DNA of 64,000 nt from Macrostomum hystrix (Eukaryota; Animalia; Platyhelminthes), in contig CATNEN010000002.1 of assembly GCA_950097015.1 (NCBI GenBank), positions 8,432,001 through 8,496,000 of the forward strand. The letters are read 5' to 3'. Under the pieces are notes generated by a model. That model made no database searches. It saw only the letters and a list, made by a program, of their open reading frames with translations, and was not told the origin of the DNA. The position numbers were made by a program, and so were the translations under genes. Shown here one piece after another: positions 1-11,779 of this stretch. Within the stretch, counting starts at the first letter, position 1; every line of letters begins with the position of its first letter.

Positions 1-770
1 GGCTGAGTGCTTTCATGAGCTCCATGCGCCACTCGAGATGGCACTGACCAAATATGGGAAAAATAAACAAGCATTCGACGGCGCTGCACGCTGCCAGCCC
101 GACAAGATTTGCTGCGGCGCGAATGAGGGGAATTGAATTTGCAGTCTCAGCTCGCAAGACACAATCGGACAATCAAGAAGTTCTTTTCTAAAGGCATGAG
201 TAAAAGTCTGCGAGCACAGCAATTGCTTGCTCTGTATGCGCGACATCAGCCGTATGACAAATAGCGCTATTGTGATAACAAGAAATAATGCATTTTTCAG
301 TAGGTAAAGTAGGTCATTGGTTTAGGCAATTGGTCTGAGAGGTGTTGCAAGCCCTGGGCCTCGAGCACCATTGATCAGAGCTCTTCTGCAATCAGCTAAG
401 AGCTAGTACTTGTGTAAACCAAAGTTCGAGAAAAAAAACTTATTGAAATAGGCATAAGCCAAGCAAAACTCAAATATAAGTAGCTTTTTCGCATACATTC
501 TGTTAGTTCGAAAATAGTGCATAAATTACTGTTCTATTAATAGGACATTGTCTTGTAAGTAAAATATATATTGCGAGCCAGGGGGAGGAGGGTCGATTAT
601 TTAAGAATATCATTATGGGTTGTCCGACATATTATCTGCATACGGTATGAGTATACATATCTCGTGCGCAAATACAAACTCAAAGGCAGGAAGGTGAGTG
701 CATGGTAGAGTTGTCTATAACGCGTTTGCCTCTCGCACCAAGGTCCCTGAGCTCGATTTTTTGGCTCCAA

Positions 771-1140
771 GGGTGTTGTAGCCTAGTGGTTAGTAGGGCA
801 CTCACGACTTTGCATCGGACTCACGCGACTTGAAGGTCGGGGGGTTCGATTCCCGACTCCGCTCTGTAGAAAAAATTTTGTACTTAAACTCTGCTTAAAG
901 CTTCAAGCAATTCCTGACCAGTCTTTTAACATCAATCTCTATTGCTCAGTTTACCGGCCAGCTGTTAAAGCGAGTACCAGTGTAATCTGGGGGTATTTAT
1001 CAGGGTATGGTGCCCCTAAGTCCATGAACTGAACAGCCGCACGCAGCCTTCAGATGCTGCGTGACAGCTGCGGCTGTGCTATCAGTAGCACGTCTAAGCA
1101 ATCGTGGCATGTATAATAATACAAAATAACATTATTACAC
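771..1140 (+). mobile_element. tRNA-derived SINE (head, body and AT-rich tail)
   Basis: A-box-like GTAGCCTAGTGGTTAG (778-793) and B-box GGTTCGATTCC (843-853). Body contains CTCAGTTTACCGGCCAGCTGTTAAAGCGAGTACC, resembling conserved metazoan SINE central domains, a stem-loop at 1033-1077 and an ATT-rich tail. A second head copy lies at 29130-29204 (-). The 3' end is approximate. Confidence 0.65.
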
Positions 1141-1710
1141 ATGAGAATTTGCACTGACTTTGTACCTTCCTGAAATTTCACGAAGTAACGAGCACAGACA
1201 TAATAAAAAGATGACCTAATTGATTAGAAAAAAATCAATTGATCAGAGACAAGTAAATCTGAATTTATTCAAAACAAATTATTTTGTAATTTTTTGCTAG
1301 ATGTCATTGAATAATTATGTATTTGTTTATTTATTACTAAAAATTAGCATTTTAAATGTCGATTTACGTCCCTGTTCGAAACTTAAGGAAAAAGATCTAA
1401 ATATTCAGCTACTCTTATCTCGATCTTGCAAGTCAGTTGTAAGTATTATTTAGTCGGAAGACATATTGTTGTTTAGATATTAGGCAATTTTTATGCTAGG
1501 TTCTCAAGCCTTGTCTTTACTATAGTGCATATAGGAGAACAGGTCGCAGACATCATTGACATTAATATTAAGTAAAAAAATATATTTGTATATTACCATT
1601 CCTTGTTCTAACTTATTTTAGATTTGATAAAGAATATTTACGATCCAATCCCAATTTGCTTGGTATTTACCAACAGCGCATTTTGTCAATAAGGGTTCAC
1701 AATCCTTCAT

Positions 1711-3040
1711 TTAAATTACCTCCAGGCCGTTCCTCGCCAAGGTCTCTGCAACCCAGAGGACTATAATGCTGCACATGTTGGCAGGCCTGGCACCTCCTGG
1801 GCCGCCTCCTCCAGCTCCACCGGCAGGGCCTGGCCCTCCTGCACCTCCGATTCCTCCTGCAGGTCTTCCTCCTCCACCACCAGCCGCTCCTCCGCCTACT
1901 GCATTGCCGGGAGCCACAAATGTGACCCTTGCAAGGGCCCCATTCGGAATTCTGTTCTTGTTTAGATGAAACTGCGGGGTGTGACCGGTAGTTGCCACCT
2001 GGTGCAGGATGTGTTCCTGCCTAGATGTCGTGCCAAGAGTCATCAAGAGTCATGCCAAGAGTCAAGATACCTGTGTGTGCTGTTGTCAACACATCTACAG
2101 TCAGCATTGTGGCAGCAAGCAGCTAGCATCCAGTAGCGGTGTGCTGACATCCTGGCCGGGTTGTCATGCATGGCGTTGGCTTGGAGATCAGTCATGGCTC
2201 TCTCTAGAGCCGGCTCCTGCATACGTGCCCACCTTCTCCAAGAATTTATCCCTACGGACCTGCCGCAGGAAAATGCAGCAATTTTGCAAAGAGCATTTCT
2301 GGCTTCCCGCATTTCGATGCCATGGGACATCATGTGCTGAATAAATAGCAATATATAATCCAACATGAACTTGTTGGACATCCTCAGCTGCATCGTTCTG
2401 AGGTGGCGGGAAGGCAAGAGCTGCAGTTGCCAGATCAAAGAGTGCCCGCACTGCCCGTTGCCTCATTTCGGCAGTTATGGTCCGGTCCAGGTTTAGAGTT
2501 GGCAAGGCATAACCTTGGTTCAACAGGTTCATCAAGCCTGTGGCGAGCTGCCAGAGCACCTCAGTTGACCAGCCTGATGGCAAGTGCTCTGGTGTTCTCC
2601 CAGACATTGAGGTCATCTAGTATGTCGTGAGCAAAGTTCACTTGCTGTCCAGCATTAGCATTTCCCTGGACTGCAACGCGCTGCTTGGCCTGCATGTGGG
2701 TCCACAAACCCACAACAGCCTGAATGCTAGCTACAGGCAGGTTAGCAGGCAAGACCTCCTGCTCACTTGGTAGTGCTCTCATTATTGTGTTCTCCATTCC
2801 AGCCCTTACTCTTGCAGTTACATTTGCATCGGCTATTTCCGAGGCAATTCTGGCCTTCACTGCCAGAGTTGCACCGTCAGCCCACCAGTCTCTTGCCGCA
2901 AGCCACTCATGTTGGTTATTTTCCGCAGCAGTCCACAGCTGGGCGAACTGATCTTCAGTAATCATGCTGGCTGGAGGTCTAGGCATCTGCCTCAGCCTTG
3001 ACCTCAAGATGTGATGGACTTGAGCCGAAATTTGAGCCAT
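1711..3040 (-). pseudogene. Frameshifted orphan ORF (about 430 codons, helical, Gly/Ala/Pro-rich C-terminal tail); possible viral nucleoprotein- or gag-like remnant
   Basis: Four overlapping minus-strand ORFs (2561-3040, 2188-2616, 2043-2438, 1711-2046) join through frameshifts into one protein-like reading in a GC-richer island inside AT-rich DNA. A GACTCTTG triplication near 2030-2065 explains one shift. No family could be assigned with confidence. Confidence 0.5.
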
Positions 3041-3557
3041 GACTTTGGTGCTGGTTAATATTGCAGTATTGCTTTTAAGAATATCACTAATTAGGTTGTT
3101 ACGGTTTGCCTTCTGAGGTTAGGGGTAGGGGGTGCATTCCTTGTGTGTACGAGTTAGTTTTCCTCTTTCTTTTGCTTGTGTATTTATAGTAAAATTCTCC
3201 TCACCTCCGTGACTTCAGTATAACTTCTATATTTCTGTGCATTTGGTGCATAAAAACAAATTCGGTGCATTATAACAAACATATTAACTTGCGGGGAATA
3301 TTTCTAAGAAACGAAGAATAATCGGAGGCCCTATTTCAGCTGACCTCCCTACTAACCATATTTGACATGCATGAAATAAGTGAAAATATGGCTACAAGTA
3401 AAAATACACAATGACATTTAAAACCGTAGGCACAATAATATGACACAAAAATACAAAATTATGTGGTACAAAATACAAAAATATGATGCTAAAACACAAC
3501 ATAAAACTGTCACCTTAAAAGTAAGTTTTATAAATTGAAGTCCTTTACTTCATTTTT

Positions 3558-4280
3558 TTATGTGCACAGAGCCAGTAGTTGTTGATAATAAGGCCAGCCA
3601 ATCAGTCTGAAGATCCATCTGAACTCCATATTAGTAATCTTCCGATGTAGGGTCGCTTTGCCATTCGCTGCACTTCGGTGCATGTTGTGTGCTACGGCCT
3701 GCAGCACGGTAACTGCCATTTCCACACTTGCGTCCGCTGAGGGTACAACTGTTCATAGGTGTGAAATGCCACTCTTTCCATATACTCTGTCAAATCATGA
3801 ATCATCCTCTCTTTCTTCCTCTTCTGGTGTTGGCTGGTTGGGTTGCACAGGTTGGAGCACCAACTGCGTTGGCTGCGGTATAGTTTGTGTTGGCACAGTT
3901 GGTGTCGGCTGCGGCATAGGCTGCGACTCCCTTCTGGCTCAGGACTCCAGTGGTGCAGGCCACAGTTGCTGCTGTGCTGGCCCAGCCAAGTGTCAATTGC
4001 AAGTTGACAACGTCTCAACTGCTAGTCGACCAGATCTTCCTGTGCTTAGTCGAATCACTGACTTGAGGCGGCCGCTGCTTGCTGCACATGCTGGTGGTGC
4101 TGTCTTCACCTGTTTAACTGCCCCCGGTGATAGGGTATGAGGCCTCTTCGTTGCCATTGATGTGGCAACTGGTAGCTTAGGTTGCGTTGACACTCGTTCT
4201 GGTGCCATCTCCATGTTCTCTTGGGCGGCGCTCCCGTCTTCTAGCAATTCTTGCAAGAAATCGTCTAGATTGCTGTCCAT
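3558..4280 (-). pseudogene. Degenerate orphan ORF with acidic N-terminus and Pro/Gln/Thr-rich linker
   Basis: The frame of ORF 3993-4280 (MDSNLDDFLQELLED...) continues past four TGA stops as PQPTPTVPTQTIPQP...EEEEREDD to a TAA at 3558. GC-rich island. Confidence 0.35.
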
Positions 4281-5733
4281 GGCTTATATTTTGGCACTGT
4301 CTTGACAATTTTTCTCTGGCGGGCTTTAGGTAGTATAATTATATGGAGTGAAAACTGGACCAGATCATTGTGTCTGGGCTCCCCAGGGATCTGAGGGCCA
4401 CTTTTGACACTCACCCTGCCAAGTCATAAAGCACACTTCTTTCATTCCAATTTCTGGCTTTATAATTTACAATTATATTTTCATGTTTAGATTATTTTTA
4501 TAGATCTCAATTTCTTGAATACATTGAATTTTTAACCTTTTCAATATCTTTTTCAGATCAATTTTTATTTGCTTTTTAAGTTTTTATTATTTTAGATCTT
4601 AATTGATTAACATTGATTTAAATGCAAATCTGAGTCAACTCGGCTCCCATTGTTCTCTATTGTACAACAGGGATCAAATAAGCATAGTACTGTTGTATGA
4701 CAAAATCGTTTTTTAACTGGCACTTAAAGAGCTTAATAAGCATAAGTATAGGCTAAAGATCAGTCTAAAAAAAAAGTTTAATCAGGTCTGAATGCACTTG
4801 CTTCTGACAGCCAATGAATGGGACATGGGAGACCATCTTGGCGCGCTTCTCCAGCACTTTACCCATGGCATCTTTGACACAACCAGCAAAGAACTGGGCT
4901 CCAATGAGGCCAGATCCCGCGGCTTGGGTTGCCTGTAAAGAAGATCTTAACTGCGTCATTGAGAAATTTTTCACAGGCGTTGCTCCCAGTTGGTGGCAGC
5001 AGTCAATAAAGCTTTGACCAAAGTTGCAGTGTCTTATTCGACTGGTCACCTTGTTGCTACCAGCGCATTGTGGCATAGAAGCTTTCAAAAATAGGCTCTA
5101 CAATGAAACAGGACATGCTGATTCTAAGAAATCTAATCCAACAAGACAATCAATTAAATTAAAGTTGATAGTAACCAGTAGGCCACTCACCAATGCCACC
5201 ACGATGTAGTCAAGCAGAGCACAAGTGGCCGGGCCAGCCTGTTGGTACACATGTACACTGCAAAATTCTTATAATTAATAATCAACTTTTGTTATATTTA
5301 AATTTATCCAATTATAGGGAAGTATAACACATATATATGTATATTCAATAATTGTGGTAGCAAATCACAAGTGCCCAAGTAGTACTTGTAAGACACTTTT
5401 TACTCTCAAACTTTATAAAACTACTCTGTTATATATTAATGGCTACAACCAGTCTTTAAAGGCTCCAATGGATTGAAGGGTACCAGTCAAAACACACATT
5501 AATTTAGGTCCAATACTGGCTTCGTGTTATTGTCTTAATAGTCTGCTTTCCTTCAATACGATTTCATATGATTTTAAATGCAATTTCCTCTTTATAGCAG
5601 TTTTGAACTCAAATAACTTGATAGTCATGAACTTGGTTTTAAAACCCATATTAGTTTCTCCATTGTAGCAAGCTTGTATCTATATATATAAAAGTGAAAA
5701 CTCTGTCTGTGTGTGTGTCTGTGTGTGTGCAAC

Positions 5734-5894
5734 CTTTTGTCTTTATAGACGCCGAAACCGCTCAACTAAATCGCACCAAACTTTGCACATACCTAAAACC
5801 ACCTACGCTGAGTGCAATAGGCTACTCAAATTCCCGAAAAATCATTTCCTTCCTGCTCAAAAGTGCAAAAAACTGCTCAAAAATCGTCAAAAAA
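5734..5894 (+). repeat. About 160-bp direct repeat, copy 1 (Helitron 5' subterminal region)
   Basis: Near-identical to 6264-6424 (CTTTTGTCTTTATAGACGCCGAAAC...AATCGTCAAAAAA). Confidence 0.9.
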
Positions 5895-6263
5895 TCACTC
5901 AATTCGACATATCGTCGCCCCACTTTGTCAGATTTTCTCCAAATTTGATCCACTTACACTTTACATGTTTTCCAACAATGCTGTCAATTTTGAACATCTC
6001 TACTCAATCCAGAGCAAAGCTGCATCATCTCAAAGTGAGTCACTTTTTGTTTTCTGAGGACAGCCACCCCAACTCCCCTCCGCCACTCTGTGGGCCAAAT
6101 TTTATTACAGCCACCCCCTCCCTTCCCCGGGGCGCCGAAGCCCCAGACTGTACATTGTATTTCAAGCCGTGAATGTACACAGCCCAAACCCCTAGACTGT
6201 CTACTGGCCCCCAAGCAGCACTGAGACTGAGTGCGGTGAGTGCAGTGGCGTCCCAGTGTCTGT

Positions 6264-6424
6264 CTTTTGTCTTTATAGACGCCGAAACAGCTCAACCAAA
6301 TCGCACCAAACTTTGCACATACCTAAAACCACCTACACTGAGTGCAATAGGCTACTCAAATTCCCGAAAAATCATTTCCTTCCTGCTCAAAAGTGCAAAA
6401 AACTGCTCAAAAATCGTCAAAAAA
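6264..6424 (+). repeat. About 160-bp direct repeat, copy 2, fused to the helicase fragment
   Basis: Near-identical to 5734-5894; the helicase reading frame starts immediately after it. Confidence 0.9.
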
Positions 6425-7088
6425 GCTCAAGGCAAAAGTTTACCCGAACCTGATGGTTCGATATGCTGACGTTGACTGGCTGTCAGAGAGGGCAATTCTG
6501 TGTCCTAGAAATGATGCCGCCAACGAAATTAACTACCAACTGCTTCAGGAGTTGCCAGGTGCAGTTTTCACCTACAAGTCAATTGATACAACGTTGACTG
6601 ATGACACCGCTGTGGAGTATCCTGTTGAGTTTCTGAACTCTCTAGATCCTCCTGGAACTCCATCGCACAACTTGCAGCTGAAAGTTGGGGCACCAATTAT
6701 GCTCCTCCGCAACCTGAATGCGCCAAGGCTGTGTAACGGCACCAGACTGATAGTCAGGCGGCTCTTCCCACACGTGATTGAGGCCACGATAATGACTGGA
6801 TCTGGCAGAGGAGAGTCTGTGTTCGTTCCCCGGATTCCAATTATCCCCACGGACCTGCCATTTCAGTTCAAGCGACTGCAGTTCCCTGTGAGAGTGTGCT
6901 TTGCGATGACTATTAACAAGGCTCAGGGACAGTCGCTGAAGGTAGCTGGCATCAACCTGGAGACTCCTTGCTTCTCGCATGGGCAGCTTTATGTCGCCTG
7001 CTCCCATGTTGGAACTCCAGCTGGCCTATTCATTTTCGCACCAAGGGGAAGAACGAAGAATGTGGTGTATCCCCAGGCCTTGAGGTGA
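6425..7088 (+). pseudogene. Helitron RepHel C-terminal PIF1-like helicase fragment
   Basis: Motifs AILCPRN, LKVGAPIMLLRNLN..RLCNGTRL, FKRLQFPVRVCFAMTINKAQGQSL and FSHGQLYVACSHV. The N-terminal Rep and helicase motifs are absent, and the motif VI Arg is replaced by His. Confidence 0.9.
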
Positions 7089-7240
7089 CTCGCAAGCAAT
7101 TAATAGAAAAGTAGTCACGAATTGACCTTGACCTGTTTAACTCTGAACTCTGAAACAGTTTAATTTTGTTTCTTTGACATTGTTATTGTTATGCCATGGC
7201 TATTTTCCTTATGTATACGCGTGTACATGCATACTGTATA

Positions 7241-7518
7241 CAGAGGCAGATTTAGGGGGGGGGGGCGGGGGGCAGTCGCCCCCCCCCAAAATTTTAATCA
7301 TGGGAATAAGATGCCCCCACCAGGGGCGCCAGTCGCAGCACTGGCGCCCCTTTTCGGCCGCTGGCGCCCCTTTTTCAGCCGCTGGCTCCCGTTTTTCAGC
7401 CGCTGGCGCCCTTTCTTGGCTCCTGGCGCCCTTTTTCGGCCACTGGCACCCCCTCTGTGATTCTCATGGCGCTCCCCTGACAGACCGCCCCAAAACAAAA
7501 TTCCTGGATCTGCCACTG
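7241..7518. mobile_element. hAT-like MITE nested in the Helitron
   Basis: Perfect 8-bp TSD ACTGTATA (7233-7240 and 7519-7526). TIRs CAGAGGCAGATTTAGG / CCTGGATCTGCCACTG match at 13 of 16 positions. An 8-bp TSD with CAG termini is typical of hAT elements. Confidence 0.85.
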
Positions 7519-10009
7519 ACTGTATAGAGGAGTGGCTAAGAGACATGTTTCTAAAGAAGTAATCAAGAGGGGGCTGTTTGGACAAACTTTTCACTTATTT
7601 TTTACTTAAAACGCCCTTAAACAAACTCTTCACTTTTCATTAATGCAGTAAATAAATAAATGGTGACCTTCACTATAAAGTTAATACAGAGACGTGAATT
7701 GCTTACTGCTTTGCTTTAAATTTCTGCCCCAAAAACAACGGGCAAAAAAAGCTAGTTTATGGTATAAAATTGAGGTGGTTGGTGAACATAAGTAAAACAA
7801 ATTTTCAATTCAAACAAGTGTAAAAATATACACTTTCAATGAATTAACTGTTGATATAGTAACATTCTATACAATACGGAATATAGCCTATTACACTAAT
7901 ACAACTCTAAACCATTTAGATCTAATACAAGTATAGATACTATAAATAATTAATGTGACCCTATTGATTTAAGGAACACTAGTAGTATATGAGTTTGCTC
8001 TGAATTATTCAAGGGTCAATGACAGTTTATTTTTCAGAGATGCAGGAGCTACCTCTATATATACCATAAAATTAAGGCAAGGGCAAAAATTAAAACAAAA
8101 TAATGCTTTTTTAAAAAGGAAATTTACTTATTGTTGAATAAAGGCCTAGTGGTGCCTACTTCAAAATATAAAGTTATTCTAAGAATAACTCAAACATAAG
8201 ATTTATATATATTGAAAGATTTTACTTACATAGAAAATAATAATTAAAAAACACATTCTATTATATAAACAATAAGCCCTAGCTGTGTCTTTGCGGCTTG
8301 TGCCTTGTTTCATTAATGAAAAAAGTCTATAGATGCAGATGGAGTGTGAGCAAATAGCATAGCCAATATCTTATGAGTACTGATATATTATACTTTTGTC
8401 ATATTTTGAAACCTTGTAAAAAATGTTAAAATTTTGTATCTTTACTCTTGCTTCAAAATTTAATGCATATATTTCCATTTCTAGTCCTGAATCCCTAGGC
8501 CTAGTGCTTCAGTTTATAAGACAATTGCTAATCTTAAGGATAAGGATATGAAACACAAAAGTCCTGATGTGCAAAAAAGCTATTTTTTAAACATGCCTTG
8601 AAAAATAACATTAGTGCAGGGCTGCAAAAATAAAAAACTCCATATACACAAACACATACACAGCCACAAGGAGAAGAGATAAGAGAGAGATGGAAGTAAA
8701 GAAGTAGGATGTGGGAGAACGTAATTCCTTATGACTGCTCTTATAAAGGTCCAATATAAGACTGTAAGACTAAGACTAAGACTATAAAGACTGTAGGAGA
8801 ACAGCAAAGACCCTTGGACATACAACTATGTCTAACCTATATGGCTACAACATGTTGAACTGATGGTGGCTGAAATAAATGCAGGGCACATGAGGGACAG
8901 AAAAGTAAACATTTAAGAGCTAGTCTTAACGATCAAAACAAAATTAAATGGCACACTTGCATGGGTGACAAAAAAGTTTCGAATCAAAAGCTGAAGACAA
9001 AGAACGGCATTGAAAGTGATATCATTGTAGGCACTTGTCATAGGCAATACTTGTATTGGTATCCAAGTAAACTTAATAGGCACCACAGTTTAAAGTAGAT
9101 GATCGCAAGAGTGCAACTTGATGCTAAAGCTCACAAAAGCCACAGTTGGTGTGTTGTTGAATGTAGTAGAGATGCTTTTATTATTTCTTTAAAGTCAAAT
9201 TCGTGCCTATGCTTTTGTTTGAATGCGCTAAATATTTTTTATATGTAAAATATTTTAAAAAATTTGTCAAATTCATTTACTTTAACAAACTTTTTCTTTT
9301 GTGTATATAAACAAGTGTAATTCAGTTGAGACAAATCAACGTGCCAGTGTGGCGAAAAGCTATTACTGAAGAAGAAAAGTGTTGAGTTGGTTATTTGAGG
9401 CTGTGACCCTCTGATCCACAGAAAACGCCCAGCAAAGACTGGAGAATAGTAAGCCAGTGCCTTAGAAGGTTAAACCGCTCGTACTGAGTGATACGCTACC
9501 ATTAGAGAGAAAAGTAGAGAGACAAGCCCTGTTACATGAAGAAGTGGGCAAAGTCCTGTAACTTAACAATCAAGCACGGCACATTTTCCAACTGTTCTTT
9601 AAGACACTGAGCTTGGTACCAAGGGCTCATTTCTGCCTGTCAAAAAATTGCAATAGGATGAAGCATAAAAATTGCAATTCCATCATCTGGCACAAAGGCT
9701 GTGATCATACATGCGCAACACCCAGCCGGGTGAAACAAGGGCCAAGCAAGGTAAGTTGCAAAAACCAATCAACCAAGTGCAAAAAATCTAAGGGGGGACC
9801 AAGGGACAAAAAGGGATGGTGTGAAGAAGAGGAAAATGGGGAGAGAAAAATAGAGCAAATGAGAGCAAACTAAATTGTAAATAGAGCAATAAAACAAACT
9901 AGGTCGCAACTGAGAGCAAACTAAGTCGTAAATAGAGCAAAAACTAAGTTGCACAGCCGGCTAAGATTTGGGAGGTTGCACATGTATGGGCTGTGATAGT
10001 ACTATGGCA

Positions 10010-10880
10010 AACCTGCATTTAGTTGAGTAGAGAATATGTGCTCACAGGGTAACCCCATGAAAGTAGAAAAAGCATAGTGACAATCACTGACAATGGCAGC
10101 AAAAAGATTGGCATTCTTAGCACTCAACTCCAACTGATCCTTGATATATCAAAAAGCAAATGGCATTAGTAGTTGATCATGACTGTTTGTCATGACTCAT
10201 GACTCACCATGATCATTTGGGTGGCTCTGTTGTCACATTCAGTGCGCAGAGTGAATCACAGTCCTAAGCAATGTTATGCACAACACAAGGAGAGCATTCT
10301 TTTGGAGAACAGATTTTATTTTTTGATTGAGAGACTCCAGTCTGTTGTTTGTCTTATTACCCAACATTATCTCAGCCATCAAGCCTCAAACCCACTGATG
10401 GTGGATGCCATGCCAGTTGTCCAAAATTTACTACACAATGGACTCTAACAAAGTGGAAGCAAATGTGTTGTATATTTTGATGTACTTAACCTCCAATTAG
10501 CATAAACCAATGCCCACTGCTGCTCTTTAGGACTGATTGCAAACTTATGAGTTGTTATCTTGTGCCAAAAGGTGTGCAGAGTGTGGTAGGTGCAAATCTC
10601 AATCTTGGCATCTAGGAATGCCAAAGCAAAGACATCTCTCTCTATGAAGTCTTTATCTGCCATGTAGCTACCTTCACATCCTTCCACAATGGATTGTCCT
10701 CCAGTTTGTTGACAACTGCAGCTATTGCATCCTTGGTCTTTGCTTCCACAAGCCAAAATGCAGCTACCTCTGTTTCACCATTTCTGTCTTCAGTGGTCAG
10801 GATGTATGTACAACACAAATCCAACATAAGTGACACTGATGAGTAATTATTATTGTAGTGGAATATCTGGACCCTCAATA
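10010..10880 (-). pseudogene. Decayed MULE (Mutator-like, ZSWIM-type) transposase with SWIM finger
   Basis: Minus-strand pieces across frames: EVAAFWLVE..., NPLWKDVKV, DKDFIERDVFALAFLDAKIEICTYHTLHTF, DNWHGIHHQWV*G...LGNKTNNRLESLNQKIKSV, and SWIM-like DCHYAFSTFMGLPCEHIF near 10020-10085. Multiple stops and frameshifts. Confidence 0.8.
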
Positions 10881-11779
10881 TTTAACATGGTACATATCAA
10901 ACAATCAATTAAAGCACAATAAATAATTGCAACAAAAGCATCAAAACCATTTTTATTCAGCCAAAATATATAAAATCATAGAAATATTTAAAGACAAGTT
11001 TTATTAGGCACAATCCACAACATATAAGGCAATGGTTTGTTTCACAATTATTTAGCTCAAATGGAGAGCTATATAGACTAATAACAAAGGAATGGCAAAT
11101 TAATTGCACAAGTATGAATATACTTGAAGATTTAGCAAAGCTGTCAAAACACAAGTCACTATACTGCTAAAGATCAGTTAAAAAGAGTGAGATTCAGATG
11201 CTTAAAAATTATTAAACAGAAGTGGGTGTAAAGCTAAATGAGTTGTTTACGCAGTCATTTGTCTAAAAAAAGTAAACAATTTCTATTTATTACAGAAACT
11301 GGCAAGGTAAAAAGGTTTGAAATATAAAGACTGATGTACTCAAGAGTGCATTAAGAACAAAGTTCATATCTACAACTGAATACCACATATTTTCCCAAAT
11401 GTAAACAGTGTTAGCATGATCCAAACATGGTCACTAAGTCTATCTTATATCTTTTAAACTTTTTATAATAAATGTAAAATAGCCTAAATAAAAAACTGCT
11501 TATGACTAAATGCAAGTGCAGGAAGAGCTAAGGAAGAAATGTCTCTGCCAAACTTCTATGTGCATAAAATAAGAGAATATAGTCTAGTTTTTGCCTTATT
11601 TTTGAGAAAAAATTATACTGCTAGCTCTTCTCTGCATAAAGATATTTACAAAGATTACTAGCAGTAGTGGTAGCAAAAAATACTATTTCTTTGTAGAGTC
11701 TTGAGGCCAAAACATAAAAATTCTGAGGCACAACAATAAATAAATATTGGCTGGAGCTCTGCACTCTTTTGAAAGCTTT

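Larger units (their letters stand above)
5679..7755 (+). mobile_element. Internally deleted (non-autonomous) Helitron
   Basis: 5' end A|TCTATATATATAAAAG at 5678/5679; 3' end CTAG|T at 7752-7756, preceded by a short hairpin TGCCC-N10-GGGCA (7725-7744). Insertion is between A and T with no TSD. Carries a Pif1 helicase fragment. Confidence 0.85.

Noticed and set aside
1766-1969. Pro-rich plus-strand ORF resembling a formin/WASP linker
   Set aside because: It is the antisense shadow of the Gly-rich tail of the 1711-3040 ORF, with no flanking domains.
3558-4280. Alternative genetic code (TGA=Trp) or selenoprotein reading
   Set aside because: Neighbouring genes use TGA as stop, no SECIS was recognised, and CGA-to-TGA decay is simpler.
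5191-5259. Exon-like segment on the minus strand (TTTTGCAG...GTGAGT) reading QQAGPATCALL or CTCV
   Set aside because: Could be a protease or SWIM remnant, but the frame and partner exons could not be established.
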